Origin: Treponemataceae bacterium | GTDB taxonomy: Bacteria; Spirochaetota; Spirochaetia; Treponematales; Rectinemataceae | Assembly: GCA_963678065.2 (NCBI GenBank) | Contig: CAXXVZ010000002.1 | Span: 416,001-480,000, forward strand | Direction: 5' to 3' | DNA length: 64,000 nucleotides | In this document: one piece after another, positions 46,285 through 56,872 of the stretch | Numbering within the stretch: position 1 is the first letter of the stretch | How the letters are laid out: each line of letters starts with the position of its first letter | Translations under genes and position numbers: made by a program | Notes under the pieces: generated by a model | Seen by the model: only the letters and a program-made list of their open reading frames with translations | Told to the model about the DNA's origin: nothing | The model's database searches: none

Positions 46285-47214
46285 TCAGTCAGGTTGTCGC
46301 GGCGTCGAATCCTTGTTGGATGCGGTGGACCGGATCAGCCCCAGGACACCGGGGACGGAATAGATGATCAGGGCGAGCCAGATGAACCCGAAAACGATCA
46401 GTTGCCCCGGACCGAAGTCTTCCTTGTAGACGAATATTCCCAGGGCCAGGACAATGGTCGGCGATATGTACTGCAGGAATCCCACGGTGAATATCGGAAT
46501 GCGCCTGGCGCCGGCCGCGAACAGGAGAAGGGTGGAAGCCGTCGCTATGCCGCCGCCGATCAACAGAAGGGCCGACCTCATATCCAGTATCGCGAAATAC
46601 CCCGATCCGACAGACTCGGTATAGACCACATAGCCCAGGGCGATCGGCAGCATGAACATGATTTCGTAGAATATGGAATACAGGGAATTTATTTTGATTT
46701 TCTTTTTAATGATGCTATAGACGGAAAAAGAAAACGCCAGAGTCAGGGCCAGGACCGGAACGCTCCTGTATTGGATCATCTTCACCGCCACTCCGAAAAA
46801 TGCCAGACCCAGGGCGATTCTTTGATGAATCGTCAATCTTTCTTTCAGGAAAACCATCCCGAGAAATACGACGACGATCGGATATATGTAATACCCCATG
46901 CTCAGCTCGACGAGATGGTTTGTCACGATCGCCAGCAGGTAAGCCACCCACTGGACAGCCAGAGAGAGGCTCGCGAGCAGGTAGAGGATGAGGTTTTTCC
47001 TGTCCTTCAAAGGCTCTAGGATGCGTTTCGGTCTGTAGATGATGGCCAGGAGGACAAGCAGAAAAACGAAAGACCACAATGCCCGGTGGGCGAGGATGGT
47101 CAGGGGATCGATCTTCTGCATCAATTTCCAGTATGCGGGCAGCAGTCCCCAGATCAGGTATACGGCAGTGATGTATACTAGGCCACGCTTCTGTTCCTTG
47201 CCTTTCCCTTCCAT
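46285..47214 (-). CDS. rarD: RarD/EamA family transporter
   Basis: 'WGLLPAYW', 'ILAHR', 'SMGYYIYP', 'GFLQYISPT'. Confidence 0.85.
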   Translation of the reverse strand: MEGKGKEQKRGLVYITAVYLIWGLLPAYWKLMQKIDPLTILAHRALWSFVFLLVLLAIIYRPKRILEPLKDRKNLILYLLASLSLAVQWVAYLLAIVTNHLVELSMGYYIYPIVVVFLGMVFLKERLTIHQRIALGLAFFGVAVKMIQYRSVPVLALTLAFSFSVYSIIKKKIKINSLYSIFYEIMFMLPIALGYVVYTESVGSGYFAILDMRSALLLIGGGIATASTLLLFAAGARRIPIFTVGFLQYISPTIVLALGIFVYKEDFGPGQLIVFGFIWLALIIYSVPGVLGLIRSTASNKDSTPRQPD

Positions 47215-47230
47215 TCCTCCCTCCGATACG

Positions 47231-47271
47231 AAAAAGCCCCGGCGCGGATTTACCGCATCGGGGCTTTTTTT
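47231..47271. terminator. Bidirectional rho-independent terminator
   Basis: AAAAAGCCCCG...CGGGGCTTTTTTT. Confidence 0.75.
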
Positions 47272-47324
47272 CATCCGGAATCAGCCTGATACGAGCGCGT
47301 CACACTCATGACCGCGAAAAATCC

Positions 47325-48635
47325 TCACATCGGTCCCATCATCTTGTTCGGCAGCCAGAGTATGATGTCGGGGAAAAGGAAGATCAGAGCCAGCGCGACC
47401 ACAAGGGCCCCGAGGAAGGGCATGACGCCTTTGTAGATTGTCTTGAAGGGGATGCCCGTGATGTTGCCCGTAATGAAGACGTACAGTGCTATGGGCGGTA
47501 TAAGGCCGCCGATCATCAGGGTGATGCTGATCATGATGCCGAACCAGATGGGATCGTAGCCCAGGGCGAGCGCGGTCGGAAGGAAAATGGGGGTGGCGAG
47601 GACCATGAACGCGAGGTCGTCCATGATCGAGCCGCCGACGAGGTAGATCACGATGATCGCGATCATTATCGCGTATGGGGGAAATGGCAGCGCCGATGCC
47701 CAATCCGCGGTCTTGAAGGGGATTTCGGTAATTGTCAGGAAATGTCCGAAGATGTTCGAACCGGCGATCAGCATGAGGGTCATGATAGAGGTTTTGAGAG
47801 CTCCCTTGATGGATTTCTTGATCATCGCGAAACTGACTTCCCGCCGCACCAATGCCAGCACGAAGACAGCTACGGTTCCGATCGTGCCCGCTTCCGTGGG
47901 GCTGAAGAAGCCGACCATCATACCGCCGATGACGATGGCGAAAACGCCAAGAACCACGAGCACTTCAGGCAGCACCTTGAATCGCTCGATCCAGGTCGCG
48001 CCTTCGCCTCTGGGCGCTATGCTGGGCTTCAGGGTGACCCATATCGCGATAACCAGCATGAAGAGAACCATGATCATCAGCGCCGGCATTATTCCGGCGA
48101 GGAAGAGGCGGCCTATCGATTGCTCGCAGATCAGACCGTAGAGTATCAGGACCGTGCTCGGGGGCAGGATCATGCCGATCGTGCCTACCGACGCTACCGT
48201 TCCGGCGGAGAGCTCCTTCTTGTAGCCAAAGCGGTCCATTTCCGGAATCGCGAGTCCCGCGAAGGTGCCGACTGTCGCGAGGGTGGATCCGCACATGGCC
48301 TTGAAGGCTGTCGCTCCCACTACCGTGGTCATCGCGAGGCCGCCGGGGACGCGTCCGAACCATTTGTACGCGCCGCCATAGAGCCGCTTGGCAATGTCGG
48401 TGTTCGCGGCAAACTCACCCATCAGGACGAAGAGCGGAATCACCGTGTAACTGTACGTGGTAAAGACGTCGAAAAAGTCCTTCACGACCAGATTGGACGC
48501 GGGGATGAAAGACATGAGGGTCGTGAAACCGAAAAAACCGACGAGCACCATGCAATAAGCCATTTCCAGGCCAGTCAGGAAGAGGAAGAGCATCGCTACG
48601 ATGCCGACGAGGCCGACAAGTACTTCGTGGCTCAT
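47325..48635 (-). CDS. dctM: TRAP transporter large permease
   Basis: 'IPLFVLMG', 'ILPPS', 'DPIWFG'. Confidence 0.9.
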   Translation of the reverse strand: MSHEVLVGLVGIVAMLFLFLTGLEMAYCMVLVGFFGFTTLMSFIPASNLVVKDFFDVFTTYSYTVIPLFVLMGEFAANTDIAKRLYGGAYKWFGRVPGGLAMTTVVGATAFKAMCGSTLATVGTFAGLAIPEMDRFGYKKELSAGTVASVGTIGMILPPSTVLILYGLICEQSIGRLFLAGIMPALMIMVLFMLVIAIWVTLKPSIAPRGEGATWIERFKVLPEVLVVLGVFAIVIGGMMVGFFSPTEAGTIGTVAVFVLALVRREVSFAMIKKSIKGALKTSIMTLMLIAGSNIFGHFLTITEIPFKTADWASALPFPPYAIMIAIIVIYLVGGSIMDDLAFMVLATPIFLPTALALGYDPIWFGIMISITLMIGGLIPPIALYVFITGNITGIPFKTIYKGVMPFLGALVVALALIFLFPDIILWLPNKMMGPM

Positions 48636-49138
48636 TATGCGCCTTCCTTTGCTTCTCCGGCCTCACCGCCGCGAAGGACTTCGATCAAATCATACAGAAT
48701 CGTCATGCTCTGAAAAAAGAAACTGAACGAGAGGGCGAAAACGATGGGATAATACGGGATCTTGAAGCTCGGACTCAATTCTCCGGTCCTCTTCACATCC
48801 ACCCCGTATAGGTAGAAGTTGTAACAGACAAAGAGAAACAGGAAGATGCCCAGCAGCCTGGTCACAATCGTCATTGTCTTCTGCGTCTTCGGCTTCAGTT
48901 TTTCCAGGACGAGGTCGACCTGAACCTGCGCTTTGAGGAAAGTCGCGTAGGGAACGGAAAAACCGAAAACGATCGCCCCGCCGTACTGGATGATTTCCAT
49001 CGATCCAGTGATGGGATGTCCGAAATTTCGCAAGATCACATCACAGAGGGTGACAAGAACCATCACCACCAGAACTCCGCCGGACACAATGTAAAGAAGA
49101 GTATCCATCTTCTTTATACCGGCCATCACATGCTTCAT
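48635..49138 (-). CDS. dctQ: TRAP transporter small permease
   Basis: 4 TM helices; 'DVILR...PITGSMEI'. Confidence 0.88.
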   Translation of the reverse strand: MKHVMAGIKKMDTLLYIVSGGVLVVMVLVTLCDVILRNFGHPITGSMEIIQYGGAIVFGFSVPYATFLKAQVQVDLVLEKLKPKTQKTMTIVTRLLGIFLFLFVCYNFYLYGVDVKRTGELSPSFKIPYYPIVFALSFSFFFQSMTILYDLIEVLRGGEAGEAKEGA

Positions 49139-49261
49139 ATTGATTCCCCCGTAGCTTGAAAAGTCGCGTCGGAGCGGGCTGGCTCCGCTCCGGCGCGACC
49201 GGAATACCGGCATCCGGCGCAGCGGGGAAGACCTCGATGAGGCATCCCCAGGCGGAAAAAA

Positions 49262-50317
49262 CTATTGATTCTTCTGGAGGAAATCCAGACAGAACTTGAG
49301 GGCGTCGTCCCCGGGAAGACCCTTGGACTTGGTCATGGCCACGTACGCGTCGAGAATGGGCTTCATGAGGGCGGCGGTGGCAGCCTGATCCTGCTTCGAG
49401 ACTTCAAGGAACTTCACGCCTTTCTGGACGGCGAAATCCTTCGCCTTGGCATCCAGCTCCAGCCAGAGCTTGCCGATCTTCTCGTTGTAGGCGTCATTGA
49501 TCTTTTCAATGGCCTTGCGGTCTTCGGGCTGTATGGAATTCCATTTGTCCTTGTTCATGATCACATACATGGAAGTCATGTATGACAGGCCATAATCCTC
49601 GATGACCGTCTTGACGACTTCGCCGATCTTGTAACCCTGCAGGGCTTCGATCGGGAAGAGTGTGCCGTCGATGACGCCGCGCTGGATCGAGTCGTAGGCA
49701 TCGCTGACGGGCATGGTTACAGGGGCGCCGCCGAGGTTTGTCACGATGTCGGCATTTTCGGCATTCGCCTTGATCCTGAGTCCCTTCACTTCCTTGATGG
49801 AACTGATGGATTTCTTCGTCATGATGAAGCCGGGGGCCGCACCGTGGAGGAACATGACCTGGACATCGTTGAATTCTTTCGGTTGGAATTTCTTGTAGTA
49901 GGCGTTCGCCAGCTTGCTGGCCTGGTATCCGCTCACGTATCCGAGCGGCTGCTGAAGCACTTCGGAAAGGGGAAGCCTTCCGGGAGCGTAGGCCAAAAGG
50001 CATCCCGCCATGTCCGCTATTCCCTTGACGACAGCGTCATAGGCCTGCATGGGCGGAGAGAGGGTGTTTCCGGGGAATGTGCTGACCTTCACCCTGCCTG
50101 AGGTGGCTTCATCGACATCCTTGCCCCATTCGGCCGCCAGCTTCGCCATCGGATGACTCGCGGGCCAGATCAGAGAATAGCGCAGCTTTATCTCTTTGAC
50201 CTGCGAAAAAACAGGGGTGATGCTCACTGCGAGCAGAAGCACGACTAGGGCGACCGTTATGGATCGCATCATAACGCTGCGTGAATTGTACGACGAAAAA
50301 CGTACCTTCTTTGCCAT
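49262..50317 (-). CDS. dctP: TRAP transporter substrate-binding protein
   Basis: 'GIADM', 'GLRIK', 'GVIDG', 'MNKDKWNSI'. Confidence 0.88.
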   Translation of the reverse strand: MAKKVRFSSYNSRSVMMRSITVALVVLLLAVSITPVFSQVKEIKLRYSLIWPASHPMAKLAAEWGKDVDEATSGRVKVSTFPGNTLSPPMQAYDAVVKGIADMAGCLLAYAPGRLPLSEVLQQPLGYVSGYQASKLANAYYKKFQPKEFNDVQVMFLHGAAPGFIMTKKSISSIKEVKGLRIKANAENADIVTNLGGAPVTMPVSDAYDSIQRGVIDGTLFPIEALQGYKIGEVVKTVIEDYGLSYMTSMYVIMNKDKWNSIQPEDRKAIEKINDAYNEKIGKLWLELDAKAKDFAVQKGVKFLEVSKQDQAATAALMKPILDAYVAMTKSKGLPGDDALKFCLDFLQKNQ

Positions 50318-50442
50318 GACTTCCTCCTTGAAACTCATAGAATGCTTTCACCGAACCATATGTATATTCTCACGTTTTCCCCATTTGTCAAGGAAAACCA
50401 TTTCTTTTTTCCGTTGACAAAAACCGTGAAACAAGGAATTAA

Positions 50443-50465
50443 TGAATCTATTCACTGAATGCACT
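50443..50465. promoter_or_regulatory. TetR-type operator in the dctP/aldehyde dehydrogenase divergent region
   Basis: TGAATCTATTCA-c-TGAATGCACT; similar to the sites at 44935 and 56664. Confidence 0.55.
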
Positions 50466-50508
50466 ATAGGTATATTCTACATTGTATTTACATTGGAGGG
50501 AGACGGCC

Positions 50509-51888
50509 ATGGAAGATGCGACGAAAAGGGTGGCAGCCCTTATGGAGCGAGCCAGGAAAGCGCAGGCGGCGATCGAGTACTGGTCGCAGGAACAGGTCGA
50601 TACGATGACGAAGGCGCTCGTCTGGACCGCGGTGAAACCCGGCAATATCGAGGCGATATCCAGACTCGCGGTGGAAGAGTCGCAGCTCGGCAATTATCAG
50701 AGTAAATATACAAAGCTGCAGAAAAAACTCCGCGGAGCGCTGCGGGACATGACCGGCAAGAAATCCGTCGGCATCATCGACGAGGATACCGAGAAAGGCA
50801 TCATCAAGATCGCGAAGCCTGTCGGCGTGATCGGAGCCCTTATTCCCTGCACGAATCCCGAAGCGACGCCGGTGTTCATGTCCATTTCCGCCATCAAAGG
50901 AAGAAACGCGATAATCCTCGCGCCGCACCCCCGCACGAAAAAGACCAACGCCTTCATCGTGGGCCTTCTCCGGGAGACCCTGAAAAAATATGGCGCTCCG
51001 GAAGACCTCATCATCGCCATGGAAGAGCCCAGCATGGAAGATTCTGGCGCGCTGATGAAGCAGTGCGATCTCATCGTGGCCACCGGAGGCACTCCCCTCG
51101 TCAAGGTCGCCTACAGTTCAGGCACGCCTGCCTACGGTGTCGGCGCGGGAAACGCCGTGGTGATAGTGGACGAGACGGCCGACATCGCGGAAGCAGCCCG
51201 AAAGATCATGCTTTCGAAGACCTTCGATTTCGCCACGAGCTGCTCCTCCGAAAACTCGATCCTCGTCGTGGACGCGATCTACGACAGGCTCATGGCGGCA
51301 CTCACGGCGGAAGGCGGCTACCTCGTCGACGCCGAAGGTAAGAAGAAGCTGCAGAACCTCCTGTGGGAGGATGGACACCTCAGCCGCAACGTCACCGCCC
51401 AGCCCGCGGCGAAGCTCGCCGCGATGGCCGGCATCGAACTTCCGGAAGGACGCTCCTTCTTCATGGTTCCCGAGACGGGAGTCGGACCCGATTTCCCCTT
51501 CTCGGGAGAGAAAATGTGCGTGGTGCTGACCGTCTACCGGGTGGCGGATTTCAACGCCGCCGTGGACATGGTCAACGCCATCACTTCGTTCCAGGGAATG
51601 GGCCACTCCTGTGGGCTCTACAGCGTCGACAGGGATCGGATCGTCGAGCTGGGCCTCAGGACCAAGGTCAGCCGGATCATGATCCGCCAGCCCCAGTGCT
51701 ACGGCAACACCGGCAACTGGGAAAACGGCATGCCCTTCACCATGACACTCGGCTGCGGCACCTGGGGCGGCAACATCACCACCGAAAACGTGCACTGGAA
51801 GCACATGATCAATGTCACCTGGGTCTCCCTTCCGATCGTGGAAAAAATCCCCGACGACAGGGACCTCTTCGCCGGCGTGATGGACTAA
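50509..51888 (+). CDS. CoA-acylating aldehyde dehydrogenase (SauS/AdhE-ALDH-like)
   Basis: 'PCTNP', 'ATGG', 'GVGAGN', catalytic 'TSCSSEN', 'TLGCGTWG'. Confidence 0.88.
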   Translation: MEDATKRVAALMERARKAQAAIEYWSQEQVDTMTKALVWTAVKPGNIEAISRLAVEESQLGNYQSKYTKLQKKLRGALRDMTGKKSVGIIDEDTEKGIIKIAKPVGVIGALIPCTNPEATPVFMSISAIKGRNAIILAPHPRTKKTNAFIVGLLRETLKKYGAPEDLIIAMEEPSMEDSGALMKQCDLIVATGGTPLVKVAYSSGTPAYGVGAGNAVVIVDETADIAEAARKIMLSKTFDFATSCSSENSILVVDAIYDRLMAALTAEGGYLVDAEGKKKLQNLLWEDGHLSRNVTAQPAAKLAAMAGIELPEGRSFFMVPETGVGPDFPFSGEKMCVVLTVYRVADFNAAVDMVNAITSFQGMGHSCGLYSVDRDRIVELGLRTKVSRIMIRQPQCYGNTGNWENGMPFTMTLGCGTWGGNITTENVHWKHMINVTWVSLPIVEKIPDDRDLFAGVMD

Positions 51889-52119
51889 AGGCGGGGGTTC
51901 ATCCGGAGCCCTGCCGGACTTCAGCGGCACTGCGGCAGGACTTCTGTGGCGCTTCGGCAGGACTGAAACCGCGCCAAAAACAAGGGCCCGTCCGTCTCCG
52001 ATACCGGAGGGGCGGGTTTTTTCATATCCGGGGACCATCCGCGACCGGAATTCCGCAAAGAAAACAGGCAGGAAGACCATTCGGTCTCCCTGCCCGCATC
52101 CTCAATACCCTGTCGCTTT

Positions 52120-53784
52120 TCAGGCCTTGATCTTGTCCGGAGTCAGCGTGCGGTAATAGCTCCCGCAGAGATGTTTCGGGTTGATGGCTTCGCGCACCTT
52201 GTACTGATAGGCCGTTACGAGGGGCTGCGCGAGCTTGACGTACATCGCGTCGTGCTCTTCCTGCGTGAAGCCGAAGCCGTCTTCCCTGCGGAGATCCTGG
52301 TTCCAGTGCCCCATGTCCACGCCGAGTCCCTTCTCGTACATCCAGCGCTGGGTGTCGTTGATGAAGTCCGCTGTTCCCTTGATCGATTCTTTGTCATGGG
52401 CATCGAAATTGACGAAGAATTCCCATCCCGTGGGGCCGCCGCCGCCGATGATGCATACGCTGCCCATGTCGGAGTCGCCGCCCGTCGCCGCAATGCAGGT
52501 TTTTTCGGTCTCCCATTTTTTCTTGAGGGCGGAGGCTTCTTCCATGACGCTGGCGCTGACGAAGACGTTTCCGGAGAGACCGAAATTGCCCTCATAGGCG
52601 CCGCAGAGCACGTAATTCAGGTTCTTGTGGCCGAGGCGGATGAGGTAGAGGAGGACGTAGTCGACCATCTCCTTGTCCATCATGAACTCGTTCTTCCAGC
52701 CGCCCGTGAGTTCGAGCACCTTGCTGAGCGCCGCTTCCTTGTACTCGGTGTCCCGCTTCGTGACGCCGGCGATGACGACCTGTATCTCGATCTTCATGTC
52801 GTCGTTGATCTTCTTCAGTTCGGGATCGGCGACGAGTTCGGGAATATCGCAGAGCTGCTTGTCGGGATCGGTGAGGATCTTGATCATCGCGGTCTTGATA
52901 TCGCGGCCGAACATGTTGAACTGCCGGTGTCCGAGGAAGAGGACGTCGTTTTCATGGAGGAGGGCGATGGCCCTGGCATAGTCGCCCCAGGTCTTGAAGC
53001 AGAGCGTGTAGGCCTTGAAATTGTCGGGGAGATCGGCCTTGTAGGCGGGGACGGTTCCCCTCGTGGGGATGAAGGTCGGACCCGGCCAGGGATGGAGGCG
53101 GATGGCCATCCGGGTGCAGACGCCGAGCGAGCCGGTGCTGCCCTGGAACCCGCGCAGGATTCCCCTGGTGCTCGGTCCCGGGCCTTCGCCGCAGAACCAG
53201 CCGGAACCTGCGCCGAGCGATCCGGTTCGCACGACTTCGCCATTCGGGAAGACCCACTCGGCGCCCAGCATGTTTTCGCTGGCGCAGCCCATGGAGATGG
53301 AGGTCGGGCCGAAGCCCACCCAGCCCGCCGTGCTCGCCAAGGGCGCGCTGGAGCAGCCCACGCCGGGGACGTTCAGGGTGAGGCCGACTTTCATCGCCTC
53401 GGCCTGGACCACGGCGCCGATCGCGTAGGGCTCGACGATGGCGAACATGTTCTTGTCGTCGATTTCGATGCTGCGCATCCGCCTCATGTCGAGCTGGATG
53501 GCGTAGTCCGAGTCGATGTAGCCCATGGCGGACCAGAAGGTCGTCGATGCCTTGAACTTGATGCTGTACTTGTTGCAGATGTGGACGATTTTCTGCACTT
53601 CCGCCGTGGTTCCCGGCAGAAGCACGGCCTGAGGCAGGGGGGTCTTGTGGCCGTAGGGCCCGTAGTGAGCGGAGGACTGCGAGGCGATACAGCGGTAGGT
53701 CTCCAGTATGCCCTTGTCCTGCGAGATGTTGCGCTCCCCGACTATGCTCTCGAGAGCCTTGTATATTTCGTTTGAAAGAGCCAT
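52120..53784 (-). CDS. FAD-binding oxidoreductase (VAO/PCMH/GlcD fold)
   Basis: 'PQAVLLPGTTAEVQ', 'DMRRM', 'GEGPGP..RG', 'GSLGVCT'. Confidence 0.85.
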   Translation of the reverse strand: MALSNEIYKALESIVGERNISQDKGILETYRCIASQSSAHYGPYGHKTPLPQAVLLPGTTAEVQKIVHICNKYSIKFKASTTFWSAMGYIDSDYAIQLDMRRMRSIEIDDKNMFAIVEPYAIGAVVQAEAMKVGLTLNVPGVGCSSAPLASTAGWVGFGPTSISMGCASENMLGAEWVFPNGEVVRTGSLGAGSGWFCGEGPGPSTRGILRGFQGSTGSLGVCTRMAIRLHPWPGPTFIPTRGTVPAYKADLPDNFKAYTLCFKTWGDYARAIALLHENDVLFLGHRQFNMFGRDIKTAMIKILTDPDKQLCDIPELVADPELKKINDDMKIEIQVVIAGVTKRDTEYKEAALSKVLELTGGWKNEFMMDKEMVDYVLLYLIRLGHKNLNYVLCGAYEGNFGLSGNVFVSASVMEEASALKKKWETEKTCIAATGGDSDMGSVCIIGGGGPTGWEFFVNFDAHDKESIKGTADFINDTQRWMYEKGLGVDMGHWNQDLRREDGFGFTQEEHDAMYVKLAQPLVTAYQYKVREAINPKHLCGSYYRTLTPDKIKA

Positions 53785-53796
53785 GTGCATCCTTCC

Positions 53797-55071
53797 TTAT
53801 TGCGCCATTTCGACAAGCTCGACGATATCGAGAACCTCGATCGTCCTTCCGTTCTCGTCTTTCACGTCACGGAAATTGGCCTCGCACCAGGGGCAGGCAG
53901 TCACGAGCGCTTTGGCGCCCGTCGCGTTCGCTTCCGTGATGCGCTCGGAAGCCGTCCAGGAGGAAAACTCCGGGCTCGTTTCGCTGCATCCGCCGCCTGC
54001 GCCGCAGCACCAGGAGTATTCGCGGATCCTCTCCATTTCGACAAGTTCCACGCCGGGAATGCTCGCGAGGACCCTGCGCGGGGCGTCGTAGATGCCGTAG
54101 GCGCCGTTGAAGCGGGGGCGCCTCGGTTCCCAGGTGTGCACCTGGTTGAGGATCTTCTTTTCTTTGCCCGCCCAGGGGATGAAGGCCTCGCCGAGACGTC
54201 CGAGGTGGCAGGGATCGTGGTAGGTGACGGACATCGGGATGGATTTCGTGAAGACAATCTTCCCCTCGCCGATGAGTCTGTCCAGGTACTCGACGACGTG
54301 GACCACTTCGATCTCGAGTCCAAGTTTGGCGTACTGGCGCTTGAAGGCGTGGTAGCAGTCGGAGCAGGGAGTCACTATGGTCTTCACGCCGGCGGCCACG
54401 AAGGCCTTGATGTTGGCCTCGGCGCTCTTCGCGAAGTCGCTCTTGAAGCCCATCTGGAGGGCGCGACCGGCGCAGCACATGTCGGCGGCGTCCATGTAGC
54501 CGAGATCCACGTCAGCCTTTTTCAGGATGCGGACCGCCGACTGGGCAATTTTTGACAGCTTCTGGTCGTAACTGTACTTGCAGCCGGGGAAGAACAGTAC
54601 TTCGGCTTTCTCGTTCGTCAGGTCTTTGAGTCCGAGACCGTTCGCCCAGGCGGCGCGGTCGGCCTTCTTCTTCCCGACGATCATGGTCTTCTCTTTCGCG
54701 AGGGATCCGATGATTTCAGTCTGTCCTGGCAAGGTCTTTCCCGCTTCCACGGCGTAGGCCTTGAGCTCGATGTTGTGCTCGAGCGGCTCCAGGTTGTAGC
54801 GCGTCACCTTGCAGGCCACATCGCAGGCTCCGCAGGAGGTGCAGGTGTGGATGACTTCGGTCGTTTTCTCCGAGAGGTCGGCGTCTTTCGTGAGAAGGGC
54901 GAGTCCCAGCTCGAAACGACCGCGCGCTGAATACGCGTTGAAGTTGGCGTACGAGATGCTCGGGCAATTCTCGCCGAAGCGCAGACTCTTCACTTTGTCG
55001 AAGGGAATCCATTTGCAGCCAAGGCAATTGCTGCAGCGTTCCTCCATCGGTCTATAATCTGACAATGCCAT
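53797..55071 (-). CDS. Fe-S/CCG domain protein (GlcF/GlpC/HdrD-like)
   Basis: CxxCxxC...CP, CxxCxxCxxxC, 'CCAG', 'YHDPCHLGR', 'CCGAGGG'. Confidence 0.9.
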   Translation of the reverse strand: MALSDYRPMEERCSNCLGCKWIPFDKVKSLRFGENCPSISYANFNAYSARGRFELGLALLTKDADLSEKTTEVIHTCTSCGACDVACKVTRYNLEPLEHNIELKAYAVEAGKTLPGQTEIIGSLAKEKTMIVGKKKADRAAWANGLGLKDLTNEKAEVLFFPGCKYSYDQKLSKIAQSAVRILKKADVDLGYMDAADMCCAGRALQMGFKSDFAKSAEANIKAFVAAGVKTIVTPCSDCYHAFKRQYAKLGLEIEVVHVVEYLDRLIGEGKIVFTKSIPMSVTYHDPCHLGRLGEAFIPWAGKEKKILNQVHTWEPRRPRFNGAYGIYDAPRRVLASIPGVELVEMERIREYSWCCGAGGGCSETSPEFSSWTASERITEANATGAKALVTACPWCEANFRDVKDENGRTIEVLDIVELVEMAQ

Positions 55072-55072
55072 C

Positions 55073-56551
55073 TCACACCCCCTGTAGACCGAGCTTGCCG
55101 GTATTCATGATGTTGTTCGGGTCGAAGATACCCTTCATCCTCTGCAGGATGATTGCGGACTGGGCGTCCTTGTTGAGCTGGAGCTGCGCCCAGATGCCAT
55201 GCGGCCGAAGGTAGTAGGCTCCCATCTGCGCGAAGGCTTCGCTCGCATGCGTGAAGAGCTTTTTGGCGCAGGAGACTTCCCCCGCATTCGCGGCGTCATA
55301 GGGAATGATGAATTCGCAGTGATAGCTCGTTCCCATGTTCTGAGGCTGGATGTAGACGCCGATGTCCTTCGGGCAAATTCCAGCGGCCAAGGCGAGCGAG
55401 GTCATCTTCGCGATGAATTCCGGCGTGCGGTCCAGCGTCGTCGTAAAGAAAATCTCGGCGAAGGAACCCTTGGCGGCTTCCTTCCAGTAGACCGGTCCGC
55501 AGGACTTCGTGACCTTCGAGTAGGCCTCGGCCCCCGAAATTCCCGGAAGGGCGGGGAGCATTTTCAGTCCGAACCCTTGAGCGATATCCGCTATGTCGAG
55601 CGCATGGGCCTGTGCGCGCTGCTCCGGAAGGAGGCTCTGTCCGGAGACGCCGACGAGGGCTGTCCAGGCGGGCAACTCGCCCATCATTTCCGCGATCTGC
55701 GCGGCGCTCTCGCCGAGCAGGGAGGCGAGGGTGGAAGCGTTCACGATCATCATCTCGGTGCCCAGGCGAAGTCTCTCGACCCTGTACACGAAATCGGTGA
55801 GGTCTTCGACCTTCGCGGCCGGCACGAAGTACATTTTGTGCGCGGGGGAGGCCGCTTCGCACTTCAGCGAAGCCCAGGTCACGATGCCCATGCTCCCCTG
55901 CGATCCCGAGAGGATGCGGTAGAAGTCGAGCATCATCGGTCCCGTTCCGCCGACCTGCCATTTTTCGGCGCCCTGCTGCTTGGCGACATCGAGCGGACCG
56001 CCGCCGGCTTCGCCCGTATACATGCGGTTTCCGTCGCCCCAGACCACCTCGGTGCACCTCAGCGGATCGATGAAGTTCCACTGGTGCAGCGCGTTCAGCC
56101 GCGGCTCGATGTCGAGGACGCTGGCCACTACCGATTTGCCCGCCTTGGGCGCGAGCGGCATGGAAATCTCGAGGTCTTCCTTCGCGAGCGCCTCGCAGAG
56201 TTCGCCGTAGGTCACGCCGGGCTCGACGATCGCGACCCGCTGCTGCCTGTTGATGCTGATGATCTTCTTCATACCGCTCAGGTCGACGATGACCGCTTCC
56301 GGCACGCCGGGAACCGTATCGCCGCGCTGGCGCGATCCCGTCGAGCTCACGGGAACGAGAGGAGTCTTCGTTTCGTTCGCCAGCTTCACGATGCGCTGGA
56401 CTTCGTCGGCGCTCTTCACCTTGACGACAAGGCGCGGCATCATAGGCGCGGCGAAACTTCCGTCCCGCGAATACCGCTCGAGTGTCTTCGCATCATCGGC
56501 AAGGTTTTCCCTGCCGACGATTTCTGCCAATTTTTCTGCAAGACCATCCAT
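55073..56551 (-). CDS. FAD-binding oxidoreductase (VAO/PCMH/GlcD fold)
   Basis: 'DLSGMKKI', 'EPGVTY', 'GSMGIVT', 'FDPNNIMNTGK'. Confidence 0.88.
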   Translation of the reverse strand: MDGLAEKLAEIVGRENLADDAKTLERYSRDGSFAAPMMPRLVVKVKSADEVQRIVKLANETKTPLVPVSSTGSRQRGDTVPGVPEAVIVDLSGMKKIISINRQQRVAIVEPGVTYGELCEALAKEDLEISMPLAPKAGKSVVASVLDIEPRLNALHQWNFIDPLRCTEVVWGDGNRMYTGEAGGGPLDVAKQQGAEKWQVGGTGPMMLDFYRILSGSQGSMGIVTWASLKCEAASPAHKMYFVPAAKVEDLTDFVYRVERLRLGTEMMIVNASTLASLLGESAAQIAEMMGELPAWTALVGVSGQSLLPEQRAQAHALDIADIAQGFGLKMLPALPGISGAEAYSKVTKSCGPVYWKEAAKGSFAEIFFTTTLDRTPEFIAKMTSLALAAGICPKDIGVYIQPQNMGTSYHCEFIIPYDAANAGEVSCAKKLFTHASEAFAQMGAYYLRPHGIWAQLQLNKDAQSAIILQRMKGIFDPNNIMNTGKLGLQGV

Positions 56552-56663
56552 CGTCTACCCCCAATTGAAATTTCCACCTGTCCGCATCCGGTACTGGCGA
56601 TGATTACGCACGCCGGCGCGTTCGGGAGTTCAATAGTTCGGATACCTATCCGAGTTTTTCCAA

Positions 56664-56715
56664 AGTGCATTCACTGAACGCGTTCAGTCTAAACGACGTT
56701 TTCCGATTCTGTCAA
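56664..56715 (-). promoter_or_regulatory. Promoter and TetR-type operator of the flavoprotein operon
   Basis: TTGACA-18-TAGACT on the minus strand; perfect palindrome TGAACGCGTTCA (56675-56686). Confidence 0.65.
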
Positions 56716-56811
56716 TCAAATATTTTCGGTCCGGGGCGGCGATGAAAATCGTCCGAGATACTCCCGTTCGTCGACGCGGAATGCCATACAATCAAAATGG
56801 CAAATTATGCA

Positions 56812-56861
56812 TTGACAAGTGCCGAATCAGGGTTTATCATAAATCAAACGTTTGATTTATG
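56812..56861 (+). promoter_or_regulatory. Sigma70 promoter with a perfect 24-bp LacI-type operator
   Basis: TTGACA-17-TATCAT; CATAAATCAAACGTTTGATTTATG (56838-56861). Confidence 0.8.
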
Positions 56862-56872
56862 GAGATCCGAGC

